Position numbers and translations under genes: made by a program. Source: Gemmatimonadota bacterium (lineage in GTDB: Bacteria > Gemmatimonadota > Gemmatimonadetes > Gemmatimonadales > GWC2-71-9). Taken from it: a stretch of DNA of 64,000 nt. A model generated the notes under the pieces. That model ran no database searches and was not told the origin of the DNA. It worked only from the letters and a program-made list of their open reading frames with translations. Below, piece after piece: positions 1 through 9,550 of this stretch. Each line of letters begins with the position of its first letter. The first letter of the stretch is position 1. Location of the stretch: contig JBGPDL010000003.1 of NCBI GenBank assembly GCA_041482275.1, positions 10,962 through 74,961 on the forward strand, in the 5' to 3' direction.

Positions 1-1
1 C

Positions 2-232
2 CGCATCACGTTTCCCGGCGCGATCTTCCTGACGATCGTCGCGATGCTGCCGATCGTCGTGTCGAACATCCTCAACATGCCGTTCGGCTTCGGCGGCACG
101 GCGCTGCTCATCGTCGTCGGGGTGGCGCTCGACACGGTCCAGCAGGTGCAGCAGCACCTGCTGCTGCGGCATTACGACGGCTTCATGAAGGAAGGGCGCG
201 TCAAGTTCCGCGGCCGCCGGCAGTACATGTAG
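2..232 (+). CDS. secY: Preprotein translocase SecY, C-terminal fragment (gene begins upstream of window)
   Basis: Frame is open from the window edge. Last TM segment FGGTALLIVVGVALDT plus a basic tail. Followed by adk and map, as at the end of spc operons. Confidence 0.8.
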   Translation, partial: RITFPGAIFLTIVAMLPIVVSNILNMPFGFGGTALLIVVGVALDTVQQVQQHLLLRHYDGFMKEGRVKFRGRRQYM

Positions 233-239
233 GCGCGCG

Positions 240-803
240 GTGTACATCCTCCTGCTAGGCGCGCCGGGGTCGGGGAAGGGCACACAAGGGAAGATTCTCG
301 CCGAGCGGCTGGGGCTGCCGAAGATCACCACGGGCGACCTGCTCCGCGCCGCGGTCAAGGCGGGCACCCCGCTCGGCGTCGAGGCGAAGAAAGTCATGGA
401 TGACGGCAAGCTCGTTTCCGACACCGTCATCCTCTCCATGATCAAGGAAGAGCTGGCGAAGCCCGAGGCGCAGCAGGGGGCGGTATTCGACGGCTTCCCG
501 CGCACGGCGGTCCAGGCGGATCTCGTGGACCGCACGCTGGCCGAGCGCGCGCAACGGCTGAATCACATCCTGCTGCTCGACGTGCCGGAGGAGGAGCTGG
601 TGCGCCGCCTGATCGCCCGGGCAGCGCAGGAAGGCCGCTCGGACGACACGCCCGAGGCCGCGAAGACCCGGCTCCAGGTGTACCAGCGCGACACCGCCCC
701 CCTCATCGCGCACTATGCGGAGCGCGGCATCGTGCACCGCGTGCCGGGGACCGGCGGTGTGGACGCGATCGCGACCGAGATCCAGCGCATCATCGGGCGA
801 TGA
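240..803 (+). CDS. adk: Adenylate kinase
   Basis: P-loop LLLGAPGSGKGTQ, TGDLLRAAV and DGFPRT motifs. 187 aa. GTG start. Confidence 0.95.
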   Translation: MYILLLGAPGSGKGTQGKILAERLGLPKITTGDLLRAAVKAGTPLGVEAKKVMDDGKLVSDTVILSMIKEELAKPEAQQGAVFDGFPRTAVQADLVDRTLAERAQRLNHILLLDVPEEELVRRLIARAAQEGRSDDTPEAAKTRLQVYQRDTAPLIAHYAERGIVHRVPGTGGVDAIATEIQRIIGR

Positions 804-1561
804 TCACCATCAAGTCGCCGCGCGAGATCGAGACCATGGCCGCGGCCGGCCGCATCGTCGCGGAGACGCTCGCGCTGGTGGCGCGCCACGTGCGTCCCGG
901 CATGTCCACCGAAGAGCTCGACCGGCTCGCAGAGGACTTCATCCGCTCGCATCCCGGAGCCCGGCCCTCGTTCAAGGGCCTGTACGACTTCCCCGCCACG
1001 CTCTGCACGTCGATCAACCAGGAAGTGGTGCACGGTATCCCGTCGCCGCGGCGCGTCCTCAAGGAAGGCGACCTGTTGAGCGTGGACGTCGGCGTCTGGC
1101 TCGACGGTCTCCACGCGGACTCCGCTGCGACCTTTCCCGTCGGGACGGTGAGCCCCCAGGCGGAGCGGCTCCTGACCGTGACGCGGAGCGCGCTGGCGGC
1201 CGGGGTGGCCCAGGCGCGCGCCGGCAACCACGTCGGCGATATCGGCCACGCCGTGCAGGAGGTGGCCGAGAAGGCGGGCTACTCGGTGGTGCGGGAGCTC
1301 GTCGGGCACGGTATCGGCTCGGCGTTCCACGAAGACCCGCAGGTCCCGAACTACGGCAAGCCGAAGCGCGGTCCCCGCTTGGTGCCCGGCATGACGATCG
1401 CCATCGAGCCTATGGTGAACGTCGGCGGCGCCGAGATCCGCACGCTCGACGACAAATGGACCGTGGTGACCGAGGATGGGTCGCTCTCGGCCCACTTCGA
1501 GCACACGGTGGCGGTGGGGGAAAGCGACGCGCCGCCGCGGATTCTCACGACGGTGAGCTGA
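800..1561 (+). CDS. map: Type I methionine aminopeptidase
   Basis: 253 aa with metal-ligand blocks VVHGIP, DVGV..DGLHADSA, GHGIG, TIAIEPM and HFEHTV. ATGA overlap with adk. Confidence 0.95.
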   Translation: MITIKSPREIETMAAAGRIVAETLALVARHVRPGMSTEELDRLAEDFIRSHPGARPSFKGLYDFPATLCTSINQEVVHGIPSPRRVLKEGDLLSVDVGVWLDGLHADSAATFPVGTVSPQAERLLTVTRSALAAGVAQARAGNHVGDIGHAVQEVAEKAGYSVVRELVGHGIGSAFHEDPQVPNYGKPKRGPRLVPGMTIAIEPMVNVGGAEIRTLDDKWTVVTEDGSLSAHFEHTVAVGESDAPPRILTTVS

Positions 1562-3011
1562 CCGACCGCTCAAGGCGCGCCCCCTCGTCGAGCAGCGCCT
1601 GGCCTTGCGACGGGTCCGACAATGCCGCCACGTTGACCCGCACGTTCTCGAGCGCACCGGCGAACGCCGCGCGCGCGAGCCCTTCCGCCACCTTGGCGTC
1701 GCTGCGGGCGTTCTTATTCCCGATCTCGCCTATACGGCGGGCCATGCCCTGCAGCGCCCCGGCGTGCCGCGCGACGGCGAGCGGTACGACGGCCGCGCCG
1801 AGCAACGCCCGATCGATGGCGCGCGGGCGCTCGGGATCGTCCTTGGGCAGGCGATAGGCGGCGCTCACCTTGGCGTACGCGGTGGCGTCCTCGTCCACGG
1901 AGCGGCGCAGCTCCCCGCGCAGGCGCTCCGCGGTGTCGAGCATGCGCCGCGCTTCGCCCTCCGCCGCCGCGTACGCTTTGCGCCCGACGGTCAGCCGCGC
2001 CACCATCGCGACCAGCGCGGCGGCGAGCGCGCCGGCGAGCGCCGCCGCGCTGCCGCCCCCGGGCGCCGGCGTCCCGCCTGCCAGCTCGTCCAGCCAGCCG
2101 TCCAGGGAGAGCCCTTCGGCCGCACGGATCTTCGCCTCGAGCAGGTGGTCCCCCGGGTCGGGGAGCTTCAGGTACGCCGCCCCCGCGCCGACGAGGCCGC
2201 GCTCCGGGATCAATCCCACGACCTCGCTCTTGAGGATCTCGACGCCCCGGGCCCGCGCCGCCCGCTCGACCGCGGCGAACACCATGGCGGGAGCGGTCGT
2301 ATCGATGTCCAGCAGGTTCATGGACACCTGCGCCTTGCCCGCCACCTCGAATCCCGAGGCCTGCACCGCCGGCAGTCCACCGCTCGAGGTGCGAATCTGC
2401 TTCGCGATGTCCTTGGCGATGGAGACGTCGGCCGAGTCGAGGTAGATGTTGAACGCGACCAGGAACGGCCGCGCGCCGACGGCGGTCACGCCCGCCCTGG
2501 GATGGATCCGCTTGGGCCCGAAATCCGGATCGGCGGCCGGATCCTTGCCGATGCGCTCGCGCAGCCCTTCGAACTCGCCCTTCCGGACGTCGGGCAGGCG
2601 CTCGCGCTCGGGCCGGGTCGCGGCGCGCGCGTAGAGATAGACGGGGATGTCGAGTTCGGCGGCGGCGCGCTCGGCGAGCCGCCGCGCCAGGGCCACGCAG
2701 TCGTCCATCGTCACGTCGCGCACCGGCACGAATGGCACCACGTCGGTCGCGCCCATGCGTGGGTGCTCGCCCTGGTGCTTGGTCATATCGATCCGCTGCG
2801 TGGCGACGCGCATCGCGCGCAGGGCGGCCTCGAGGGCGGCGTCGGGCGGGGCCACGAACGTATAGACGGACCGGTTATGGGCCGCGTCGGCTTGGACGTC
2901 GAGGAGCTTGACGCCCGGGACGCCGGTGAGCGCTGTGCGTAGCGCGTCGATGGTCGCCCGGTCGCGGCCTTCGGAGAAGTTTGGGACGCACTCGACAAGC
3001 GGTGTGGGCAT
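1545..3011 (-). CDS. Bifunctional glutamate formimidoyltransferase / formiminotetrahydrofolate cyclodeaminase
   Basis: N-terminus LVECVPNFSEGRD is typical of formiminotransferase. C-terminus GGGSAAALAGALAAALVAMVARLTVGRK is typical of the cyclodeaminase domain. 488 aa. Confidence 0.85.
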   Translation of the reverse strand: MPTPLVECVPNFSEGRDRATIDALRTALTGVPGVKLLDVQADAAHNRSVYTFVAPPDAALEAALRAMRVATQRIDMTKHQGEHPRMGATDVVPFVPVRDVTMDDCVALARRLAERAAAELDIPVYLYARAATRPERERLPDVRKGEFEGLRERIGKDPAADPDFGPKRIHPRAGVTAVGARPFLVAFNIYLDSADVSIAKDIAKQIRTSSGGLPAVQASGFEVAGKAQVSMNLLDIDTTAPAMVFAAVERAARARGVEILKSEVVGLIPERGLVGAGAAYLKLPDPGDHLLEAKIRAAEGLSLDGWLDELAGGTPAPGGGSAAALAGALAAALVAMVARLTVGRKAYAAAEGEARRMLDTAERLRGELRRSVDEDATAYAKVSAAYRLPKDDPERPRAIDRALLGAAVVPLAVARHAGALQGMARRIGEIGNKNARSDAKVAEGLARAAFAGALENVRVNVAALSDPSQGQALLDEGARLERSVSSPS

Positions 3012-3806
3012 CTAGGCGCTCCTCAGGAGATCCAACAGCCAGCCGTGCAACATCGGATTGCCCGCCACCACCGAGCCGTGCTGCAGCACGTCGGGCGCGC
3101 CGTCCAGCGTCGTGACCGTGCCCCCCGCTTCGCGGACGAGCACCACGCCTGCCGCCACGTCCCATGGGGCGAGCGTCAGCTCCCAAAAACAATCGAGCCG
3201 GCCGGCCGCCACGTCGGCGAGATCGAGCGCCGCCGCACCCGCGCGCCGGATGCCGCTCGTCGCCCCCATCACCGCGGCGAACTGGTCGAGGTAGCGCCGC
3301 AGCACCGGAAGGTGCTTGAACGGGAACCCGGTGCCCACGAGCGCGTGGCGCGGCTCGGTGAGCCCCGACACGCGGAGCCGACGCCCCCCCGCTCCCTCCC
3401 AGGCGCCGAGCCCGCTCGCCCCCCAGTAGACGATGTCCCGCACGACGTCGTGAATCACGCCGACCCGCAGCACCCCGTCTACCAGCGCGCCGATCGACAC
3501 CGCGTACTGCGGATAGCCGTGCAGAAAGTTCGTCGTGCCGTCGAGCGGGTCCACGATCCACACCACCGCGCCGGCGCGCGCCGCGTTGGGAGACAGCTCT
3601 TCGCCGACGACGGTGGATCCAGGCACGTCACGCGTGAGCGCATCCGTGATCAGCGCCTCCGCCCGCCGGTCGGCGTCGGTGACGAAATCGTGCCGGCCTT
3701 TTTCCACCCAGTCGCCCACCGCCGCCGGCGTGAGCCGGCGCAGCTCAGCGGCGGCGGGTGCGGCAGCGCGCCGCGCGACATCGACTAAGTCTTTGAGTTC
3801 TCGCAC
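3012..3806 (-). CDS. Inositol monophosphatase family protein (SuhB-like)
   Basis: Motifs VVGEE, WIVDPLDGTTNF and WDVAAG. The track ORF extends to 4103 and overlaps trpS, so I chose the GTG at 3806 (VRELKDLVDVA...). Stop abuts the start of the FTCD gene. Confidence 0.8.
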   Translation of the reverse strand: MRELKDLVDVARRAAAPAAAELRRLTPAAVGDWVEKGRHDFVTDADRRAEALITDALTRDVPGSTVVGEELSPNAARAGAVVWIVDPLDGTTNFLHGYPQYAVSIGALVDGVLRVGVIHDVVRDIVYWGASGLGAWEGAGGRRLRVSGLTEPRHALVGTGFPFKHLPVLRRYLDQFAAVMGATSGIRRAGAAALDLADVAAGRLDCFWELTLAPWDVAAGVVLVREAGGTVTTLDGAPDVLQHGSVVAGNPMLHGWLLDLLRSA

Positions 3807-3807
3807 C

Positions 3808-3837
3808 TTGCGGCGTCGACCTCCACCGGCGTAGGTT
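3808..3837 (+). promoter_or_regulatory. Candidate sigma70-type promoter of trpS (TTGCGG-N18-TAGGTT)
   Basis: Hexamers read directly from the sequence. The -10 ends 8 nt before the trpS ATG (3846), which implies a leaderless or near-leaderless mRNA. Confidence 0.35.
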
Positions 3838-3845
3838 GTGAGCCC

Positions 3846-4838
3846 ATGGCGCGCGTGTTCTCCGGTATCCAGCCCTCGGGCGAGCTGCACATCGGCAACT
3901 ACTTGGGCGCGGTCCAGAACTGGGTGAAGCTGCAGGACCAGCACGAGTGCCTGTTCTCGGTCGTCGACCTGCACGCCATCACCCAGCCCTACGACGCCGC
4001 CACGCTGCCGCAGCGCACGCTCGACATGGCCATCGGACTGTTCGCCGCCGGGCTCGATCCCGCGCGCGCGATCGTCTTCGTCCAGTCCCACGTTTCCGAG
4101 CACACCGAGCTCAACTGGCTCCTGAACACCGTCACGCCGCTAGGCGAGCTCGAGCGGCAGACCCAGTTCAAGGACAAGTCGCAGCGCCAGGAGAGCGTGC
4201 CGGCGGGGCTCTTGAACTATCCCGTGCTCCAGGCGGCCGACGTCCTGCTGTACGAGGCCACGCTCGTGCCCGTGGGCGAGGACCAGCTCCAGCACCTCGA
4301 GTTGATGCGGGAGATCGCGCGCCGCTGGAACGCGCGCTTCGCGAACGGGTTCGCCTTCCCCGAGCCGCAGGCGCTCCTGTCCACTGCAAAGCGCGTGCTC
4401 GGGCTCGACGGCCAGGCCAAGATGTCGAAGAGCCTCGGCAACACGATCGGCCTGCTCGACCCGCCGGAAACCATCTGGGAGAAGCTCAAGCCCGCGGCCA
4501 CCGACCCGGCGCGCGTCACCCGGAGGGATCCGGGGAACCCCGACATCTGCAACATCTTCACCATTCACCAGGGCTTCTCGCCGCCCGCCACGCTCGAGCT
4601 CGTGGCGAAGAACTGCCGCACGGCGGGGTGGGGCTGCCTCGACTGCAAGCGGGTGCTGGCGGATAATATGATAGCCGCGCTCACTCCCATCCGCGAGCGC
4701 GCGCACGCGCTGCAGGCGGAGCCGTGCACGGTGACGGACCTGTTGCGGGCCGGTGCAGCCAAGGCGCGCGATTTGGCGCGCCGCACCATGGCGCAGGTAC
4801 GCCGCCGCATGGGGTTCCTGGGCGAGGCGGGGGTCTAA
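3846..4838 (+). CDS. trpS: Tryptophan--tRNA ligase
   Basis: Class I HIGH-type motif SGELHIGNYLG and KMSKS (AKMSKSLGN). 330 aa. Confidence 0.95.
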   Translation: MARVFSGIQPSGELHIGNYLGAVQNWVKLQDQHECLFSVVDLHAITQPYDAATLPQRTLDMAIGLFAAGLDPARAIVFVQSHVSEHTELNWLLNTVTPLGELERQTQFKDKSQRQESVPAGLLNYPVLQAADVLLYEATLVPVGEDQLQHLELMREIARRWNARFANGFAFPEPQALLSTAKRVLGLDGQAKMSKSLGNTIGLLDPPETIWEKLKPAATDPARVTRRDPGNPDICNIFTIHQGFSPPATLELVAKNCRTAGWGCLDCKRVLADNMIAALTPIRERAHALQAEPCTVTDLLRAGAAKARDLARRTMAQVRRRMGFLGEAGV

Positions 4839-5509
4839 TGGATAGCTTCTCGGACCGGATGGTCGAGCTGCTCCGGTTGGAGCTGTTCCTGCAGCTGGTT
4901 CTCGCGACCGTGTTCGGGGGCGCGATCGGTCTCGAGCGAGAGCTGGGCGGCAAGCCAGCGGGACTTCGCACCAACATCCTTATCTGCATCGGCTCCGTGC
5001 TGTACACCAAGCTGTCGGTCACCATGGCCGCCGGCACCGCCGATCCCACGCGGATTGCGGCGCAGATCGTGACCGGCGTCGGCTTCATCGGAGCGGGCAC
5101 GATCCTGCACGCGCGCGGCGCGGTCGTGGGGCTCACCAGCGCCGCTACGATCTGGGTCGTCGCGGCCATCGGAGTCGCGCTGGGTGGGGCGTTCTACCTC
5201 GAGGCGGCAGGGACCACGCTGCTGGTCCTGGTGGTGCTCCAGGGGCTGGGGCGCGTCGAGCGGCTCGTCGCGCGGCAGTCCACTCAGGGCACCATCTCGG
5301 TCCACGCTCGCCCCGACCCGACCGTGCTGGAAGATCTTGAGACGGTCGTGCGGCGGACGGGGCTCGAAATCGAGCGGCAAGCGAGCCGCCGCGAGAACGT
5401 GGATCTCGTGATCGACTTCACGCTGCGCGGGCCCAAGCGCCTCCACGACCAGGTGATGGTCGCTTTGCTCCATCACCCCGGCGTGCGCACGGTGTCGACC
5501 GGGGAGTGA
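4838..5509 (+). CDS. MgtC/SapB family membrane protein
   Basis: FGGAIGLERELGGKPAGLRTNILICIG signature. ATG at 4838 overlaps the trpS stop (TAATG). The upstream part of track ORF 4724 overlaps trpS. Confidence 0.8.
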   Translation: MDSFSDRMVELLRLELFLQLVLATVFGGAIGLERELGGKPAGLRTNILICIGSVLYTKLSVTMAAGTADPTRIAAQIVTGVGFIGAGTILHARGAVVGLTSAATIWVVAAIGVALGGAFYLEAAGTTLLVLVVLQGLGRVERLVARQSTQGTISVHARPDPTVLEDLETVVRRTGLEIERQASRRENVDLVIDFTLRGPKRLHDQVMVALLHHPGVRTVSTGE

Positions 5510-6534
5510 CGCGGCGGCTCGTCGTCGACCTCGCGTCCCCCCGCGCCGCTTGGCGTATCCCACCGGCCGCGGTGCAGGCGATCCGCGCCGCGCTCGGCTT
5601 CGGTTGGGAAGTGGTGGACGTCCAGGCGCCCGCTGCCTCCGACGGCGACGGGGGCGCCGGCACCCCGGAAGCCGTGGCGGCGGCGCGCGGGGCCGAGATC
5701 TACGTCGGGTACGGAGTGCCGGCGGGGGTGGTGGCAGCGGGGCGCGGCACCCTGCGGTGGGCGCACAGCGGCACCGCGGGCGTCGGGGCCACCCTGCCGC
5801 ACCTCGCCGGGAGCGGCATCCTGCTCACCAACTCCGCCGCCGTGCACGCCGAGCCGATCGCCGACTGGACCATCGCGGCGATCGGCTATTTCGCGCGCGG
5901 CCTGGACCGGATGCGCGAGTTTCAGGCGGCCGAGCACTGGGCCCGGCCCGAGTTCGCGGGGCTGGAAATCCGGGTCCGCGAGTTCGGCGAGCTGCGGCTC
6001 GGGGTGTTCGGTTTAGGTGGCATCGGTGGGGCGATCGCGCGGCGGGCAGTGGCCCTGGGAATGCGCGTGGCAGGAGTGCGGCGGCGGTCCGAGCGGGGCG
6101 GGCCGGCGGGGGTCGACTGGGTCGGCGGCCTCTCCGACCTTCCACGGCTCGCGGCGGAGAGCGATTGCCTGGCGATCGCCGCTCCCCACACCGACGCGAC
6201 ACGGGGTGCCGTGAGTCGGCAGGTGCTGGAGCGCCTGCCCGCCGATGCGATCGTGGTCAACGCCTCCCGCGGGACGCTGTTGGATGAAACGGCTTTGCTC
6301 GACCTTCTCGACGCCTCTCGTTTGCGAGGCGCGGCGCTCGACGTGTTCGCCGTGGAGCCACTGCCCCCGGGCCACCGTCTGTGGCGGCATCCGCGCGCGC
6401 TCGTCAGTCCCCACGTGGCTGCGGTGACCGCGCGTTTCTGGGAGCGCGAGACGGGGCTGATCGTGGAGAACATCAGGCGCTATCTTGCAGGGTCCTCGCT
6501 CGCCAACACGGTCGACCCGGAGGCCGGATACTAG
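5506..6534 (+). CDS. D-isomer-specific 2-hydroxyacid dehydrogenase family protein
   Basis: NAD-binding GVFGLGGIGGAIARRA, catalytic-region blocks VNASRG and LDVF..EPLP, plus SPHVA. GTGA overlap with the previous gene. Confidence 0.8.
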   Translation: MTRRLVVDLASPRAAWRIPPAAVQAIRAALGFGWEVVDVQAPAASDGDGGAGTPEAVAAARGAEIYVGYGVPAGVVAAGRGTLRWAHSGTAGVGATLPHLAGSGILLTNSAAVHAEPIADWTIAAIGYFARGLDRMREFQAAEHWARPEFAGLEIRVREFGELRLGVFGLGGIGGAIARRAVALGMRVAGVRRRSERGGPAGVDWVGGLSDLPRLAAESDCLAIAAPHTDATRGAVSRQVLERLPADAIVVNASRGTLLDETALLDLLDASRLRGAALDVFAVEPLPPGHRLWRHPRALVSPHVAAVTARFWERETGLIVENIRRYLAGSSLANTVDPEAGY

Positions 6535-7700
6535 TGGAGGAAAAGTCCAAGAGCGCCCGCGCGAGCGGCGCCGCGTCGCAGCCGCGCGGCATCGAGCAGA
6601 TCATCAAGGCGGCGATCGACCGCGGCGCCTCCGACCTGCACATCAAGGCTGGCGACGTGTTTCGCGCGCGGATCGACGGAAAACTCGTGCCCTTCACGAA
6701 ACAGCGCCTCACGCCGGACCAGACCAGAGCCATCGCGCAACACCTGATTGCCACGGACGACGACCGCGCCCGCCTTGACCGGCTGCGCGACTACGACTGC
6801 TCGTGGGGCATGCCTGGGGTCGGGCGCTTCCGGGTGAACATCCTGCGCCAGCGCTCGTCGTTCATGATCGTGATGCGCGTCATCCCGTTCGACGTGCCTA
6901 CGTTCGAGAAACTGAAGCTGCCCGCGGTGCTCACCACGGTGACCGGAGCGGAGCGGGGCATGATTCTCGTCACCGGCGTGACGGGCTCGGGGAAGAGCTC
7001 GACCATGGCGGCGATGGTGAACCACATCAACCAGACGCAGAGCAAGCACATCGTCACGCTCGAGAACCCGATCGAGTTTCTGCACCGCGACATCAACAGC
7101 TCGGTGACGCAGCGGGAGGTCGGCGTCGACACCGACGACTTCCGCGCCGGGCTCCGCGCCGCCCTGCGGCAGGACCCCGACGTCGTGCTGATCGGCGAGA
7201 TGCGCGACGCGGAGACCATCGACACCGCCATGAAGGCCGCCGAGACCGGGCATCTCGTCATCTCGACGCTGCACACCCCCGATACCGTGACCACGGTGAG
7301 CCGCATCGTGTCGATGTTTCCGCCGGAGGAGCAGGAGGTGGCGCGCCTGCGGTTGTCCGAAGCCCTGCAGGCTGTGGTGTCGCAGCGGCTGCTCCCCCGG
7401 GCCGACGGTCACGGCCGGGTGGCGGCGATGGAGATCCTCATCTGCACCGGCACTGTGCGTGACATGATCAAGGACCCGACCCGCACGGCGGCGCTGCACG
7501 ACTACATCCGCGATGCCCGCGACCAGTACGGCATGCAGACGTTCGATCAGCACTTGATGGATCTGGTATCGGACGACGCGGTGGCGTACGAGACGGCGCT
7601 CGCCGCCGCGACCAACCCCGCGGACTTCGAGCTGCAGATACGCACGCTGCGCCGCCGCTCGCGGGTGGAGGCGCCGGCGGAGGCGGCCCCTGGCCCGTGA
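6534..7700 (+). CDS. pilT: Type IV pilus twitching-motility ATPase PilT
   Basis: ASDLHI, Walker A GVTGSGKSST, Asp box and Walker B VLIGEMRD, His box TGHLVISTLHT. GTG start overlaps the upstream TAG (TAGTG). The track ORF 5' extension overlaps the upstream gene. Confidence 0.9.
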   Translation: MEEKSKSARASGAASQPRGIEQIIKAAIDRGASDLHIKAGDVFRARIDGKLVPFTKQRLTPDQTRAIAQHLIATDDDRARLDRLRDYDCSWGMPGVGRFRVNILRQRSSFMIVMRVIPFDVPTFEKLKLPAVLTTVTGAERGMILVTGVTGSGKSSTMAAMVNHINQTQSKHIVTLENPIEFLHRDINSSVTQREVGVDTDDFRAGLRAALRQDPDVVLIGEMRDAETIDTAMKAAETGHLVISTLHTPDTVTTVSRIVSMFPPEEQEVARLRLSEALQAVVSQRLLPRADGHGRVAAMEILICTGTVRDMIKDPTRTAALHDYIRDARDQYGMQTFDQHLMDLVSDDAVAYETALAAATNPADFELQIRTLRRRSRVEAPAEAAPGP

Positions 7701-7707
7701 TGGGGCG

Positions 7708-8589
7708 GTGACGGAGCGGCGGCTCGCGGGGGTGCTCGCCCCCATCACCACGCCGTTCGACAGCGCCACTGGGGAGGTCGCCCCGGTGCACCTGCGCCAC
7801 AACGTGACCCGGCTGGTGGCGGCGGGGCTCGACGGCGTGGTCGTGGCGGGGTCGACGGGCGAGTCGGCATTGCTCGACCCGGATGAGCAGCGGCGCATGG
7901 TGGGGTGGGTCCGGGAGGTCCTGCCGGACCAGCGCTGGCTCGTCGCCGGAACCGGCGGCGAGTCGACCCGCCAGGCCGTCGCGCTTACGCGCGCGGCGGC
8001 GGCCGAAGGCGCGGACGCCGTGCTGGTCCGGCCGCCGGGCTACTTCGCCACCGCGGTCTCTCCCGCGAGCCTGGCCGACTACTACCGCGCGGTGGCCGAC
8101 GCGAGCCCCGTGCCCCTCCTCGTGTACAACATCCCCAAGTACACGCACGTCGCCATCGCTGCCGGCCTGCTGCAGCAACTCGCTGGCCACAGCAACATCG
8201 TCGGCGTCAAGGACTCTTCGGGCGACGCGAAGAACCTCGCCGCATACCGCGACGCGGTGCGGCATTGGTCGGTGTTCGTCGGGTCGGGCTCGCTCCTGTA
8301 CCAGGCGCTGGAGCTGGGGTGCGATGGCGGCATCCTCGCCGTGGCGTGCTTCGCGGCGGCTCTCGCCGCCCAGGTGTACGCCACATTCCGGGCCGGCGAT
8401 CGGGCCGGGGCCGGGAAGCTGCAAGAGCGGCTCGGGCCGCTGGACAAGGAGGTGGTGGGCAAGCTGGGCCCCGCCGGCGTGAAGGCCGCGATGGATGCCG
8501 TGGGGCTGTATGGCGGGCCGGTGCGCGCCCCGCTCGCCCCCGTCGCGGTCCCCGACCGCGAGCGGGTGACGAAGCTCGTCGCCGCGTGA
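7708..8589 (+). CDS. Dihydrodipicolinate synthase/N-acetylneuraminate lyase family protein
   Basis: AGSTGESALL, YNIP and GVKDSSGD blocks of the DapA family. 293 aa. Exact substrate not inferable. Confidence 0.75.
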   Translation: MTERRLAGVLAPITTPFDSATGEVAPVHLRHNVTRLVAAGLDGVVVAGSTGESALLDPDEQRRMVGWVREVLPDQRWLVAGTGGESTRQAVALTRAAAAEGADAVLVRPPGYFATAVSPASLADYYRAVADASPVPLLVYNIPKYTHVAIAAGLLQQLAGHSNIVGVKDSSGDAKNLAAYRDAVRHWSVFVGSGSLLYQALELGCDGGILAVACFAAALAAQVYATFRAGDRAGAGKLQERLGPLDKEVVGKLGPAGVKAAMDAVGLYGGPVRAPLAPVAVPDRERVTKLVAA

Positions 8590-9494
8590 CCGCCTATGGG
8601 GCGCTGCTCGCCGCCGTCGCGGTCCCGCGCCGCGCCGGCACGGCCTCCCACGGCCGCGTCCGCGAGCGGCTCGAGCGCGAGCTCACGGCCCGCGGGTTCG
8701 TCGTGATGGAGCACCATTTCGCTTGGCGATCGCTGCTGCACCGTTTCGCCCGGGCACCGCTCCAAGGCGTGAACGTCATCGGCGTGCGGCCCCGTGTCCG
8801 GGTCGCCACATGGCTCGTCGCCCACTACGACTCGAAGGGCCAGCCCCTCTCCATGGCGGCGCGCCTCGGGGCCGCCGCACTTGTCGCCGTCGGCGTGCTC
8901 GAGCTCCTCGGTCTGGCGCTCCGCGGTGCGATGGGCTCGCTCCACGCGGGCGTGCCCGATGCGTGCCTCGGCGCCGCCGGGGGTATCGGTCTGCTGCTCC
9001 TCGCGGTCAACCGCGTGACCGATCGCTCGGCGGGCGCGGTGGACAACGGCTCCGGCGTGGTCGCCGCGCTCGCCACCGTCGATGCGCTGCCGCCCGAGGC
9101 TGGAGTGGGGGTCATTTTCCCGGACGCCGAGGAATACGGGTTGGTCGGCGCGCGGGCGCTGGTGCGGGAGCGCGCCCACCTCTTCGCGGATACAGCCGTC
9201 GTCAATTTGGACGGCCTCGACGACCGCGGGCCGACGTTTGTCCTGGTTCATCGCGGTGGGCCGGTGACGGACCGCGTGGCAGGCGCGCTCGGCGCGCGGC
9301 GGGCGCGCTGGCTCCCGGTCGTCGTCGACGGGGTGATCCTCGCTCGCGCGGCGCGCGAAGCGGTCACGATCATGCGGGGCGACTGGAATACCGCCCGCAC
9401 CGTGCATACCTCCCGCGATACGGCGGCGCGGTTGACGCTCGCAGGCGTGCGGGACGTGGCGCGCGGGCTGGCCGAGTCGTTGACGCCGCCGTAG
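8586..9494 (+). CDS. M28 family metallopeptidase
   Basis: HYDSKG, DNGSGVVAALA and FPDAEEYGLVGARA metal-ligand blocks. GTGA overlap with the previous gene. The rest of track ORF 7905 is an out-of-context extension. Confidence 0.75.
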   Translation: MTAYGALLAAVAVPRRAGTASHGRVRERLERELTARGFVVMEHHFAWRSLLHRFARAPLQGVNVIGVRPRVRVATWLVAHYDSKGQPLSMAARLGAAALVAVGVLELLGLALRGAMGSLHAGVPDACLGAAGGIGLLLLAVNRVTDRSAGAVDNGSGVVAALATVDALPPEAGVGVIFPDAEEYGLVGARALVRERAHLFADTAVVNLDGLDDRGPTFVLVHRGGPVTDRVAGALGARRARWLPVVVDGVILARAAREAVTIMRGDWNTARTVHTSRDTAARLTLAGVRDVARGLAESLTPP

Positions 9495-9508
9495 CCCGGG
9501 CCTAGCTT
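9480..9508 (+). promoter_or_regulatory. Candidate sigma70-type promoter (TTGACG-N17-TAGCTT) upstream of purA
   Basis: Hexamers read directly from the sequence. It spans the stop codon of the M28 gene and lies upstream of the hairpin at 9527. Confidence 0.4.
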
Positions 9509-9526
9509 TCCGCAGAGGATACTCCA

Positions 9527-9550
9527 ACGCCCCGCCCGCGGGGCGTTTTT
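9527..9550 (+). terminator. Intrinsic terminator-like hairpin with T5 tract
   Basis: ACGCCCCGC-CC-GCGGGGCGT followed by TTTT. Lies 33 nt after the M28 stop and 12 nt before the purA ATG. Confidence 0.6.

Noticed and set aside
713-1657. Long antisense or alternative-frame ORFs throughout the track, e.g. 713..1657(-), 6531..7898(-), 8082..9563(-), 14006..15538(-), 15732..17147(-), 21205..22833(-), 39062..41137(-), 49297..51168(-), 60779..62215(-)
   Set aside because: They are Arg/Pro/Gly/Ala-rich with no motifs, and they lie opposite or out of frame to genes with strong family signatures. This is the expected stop-codon-poor artefact of very high GC content.
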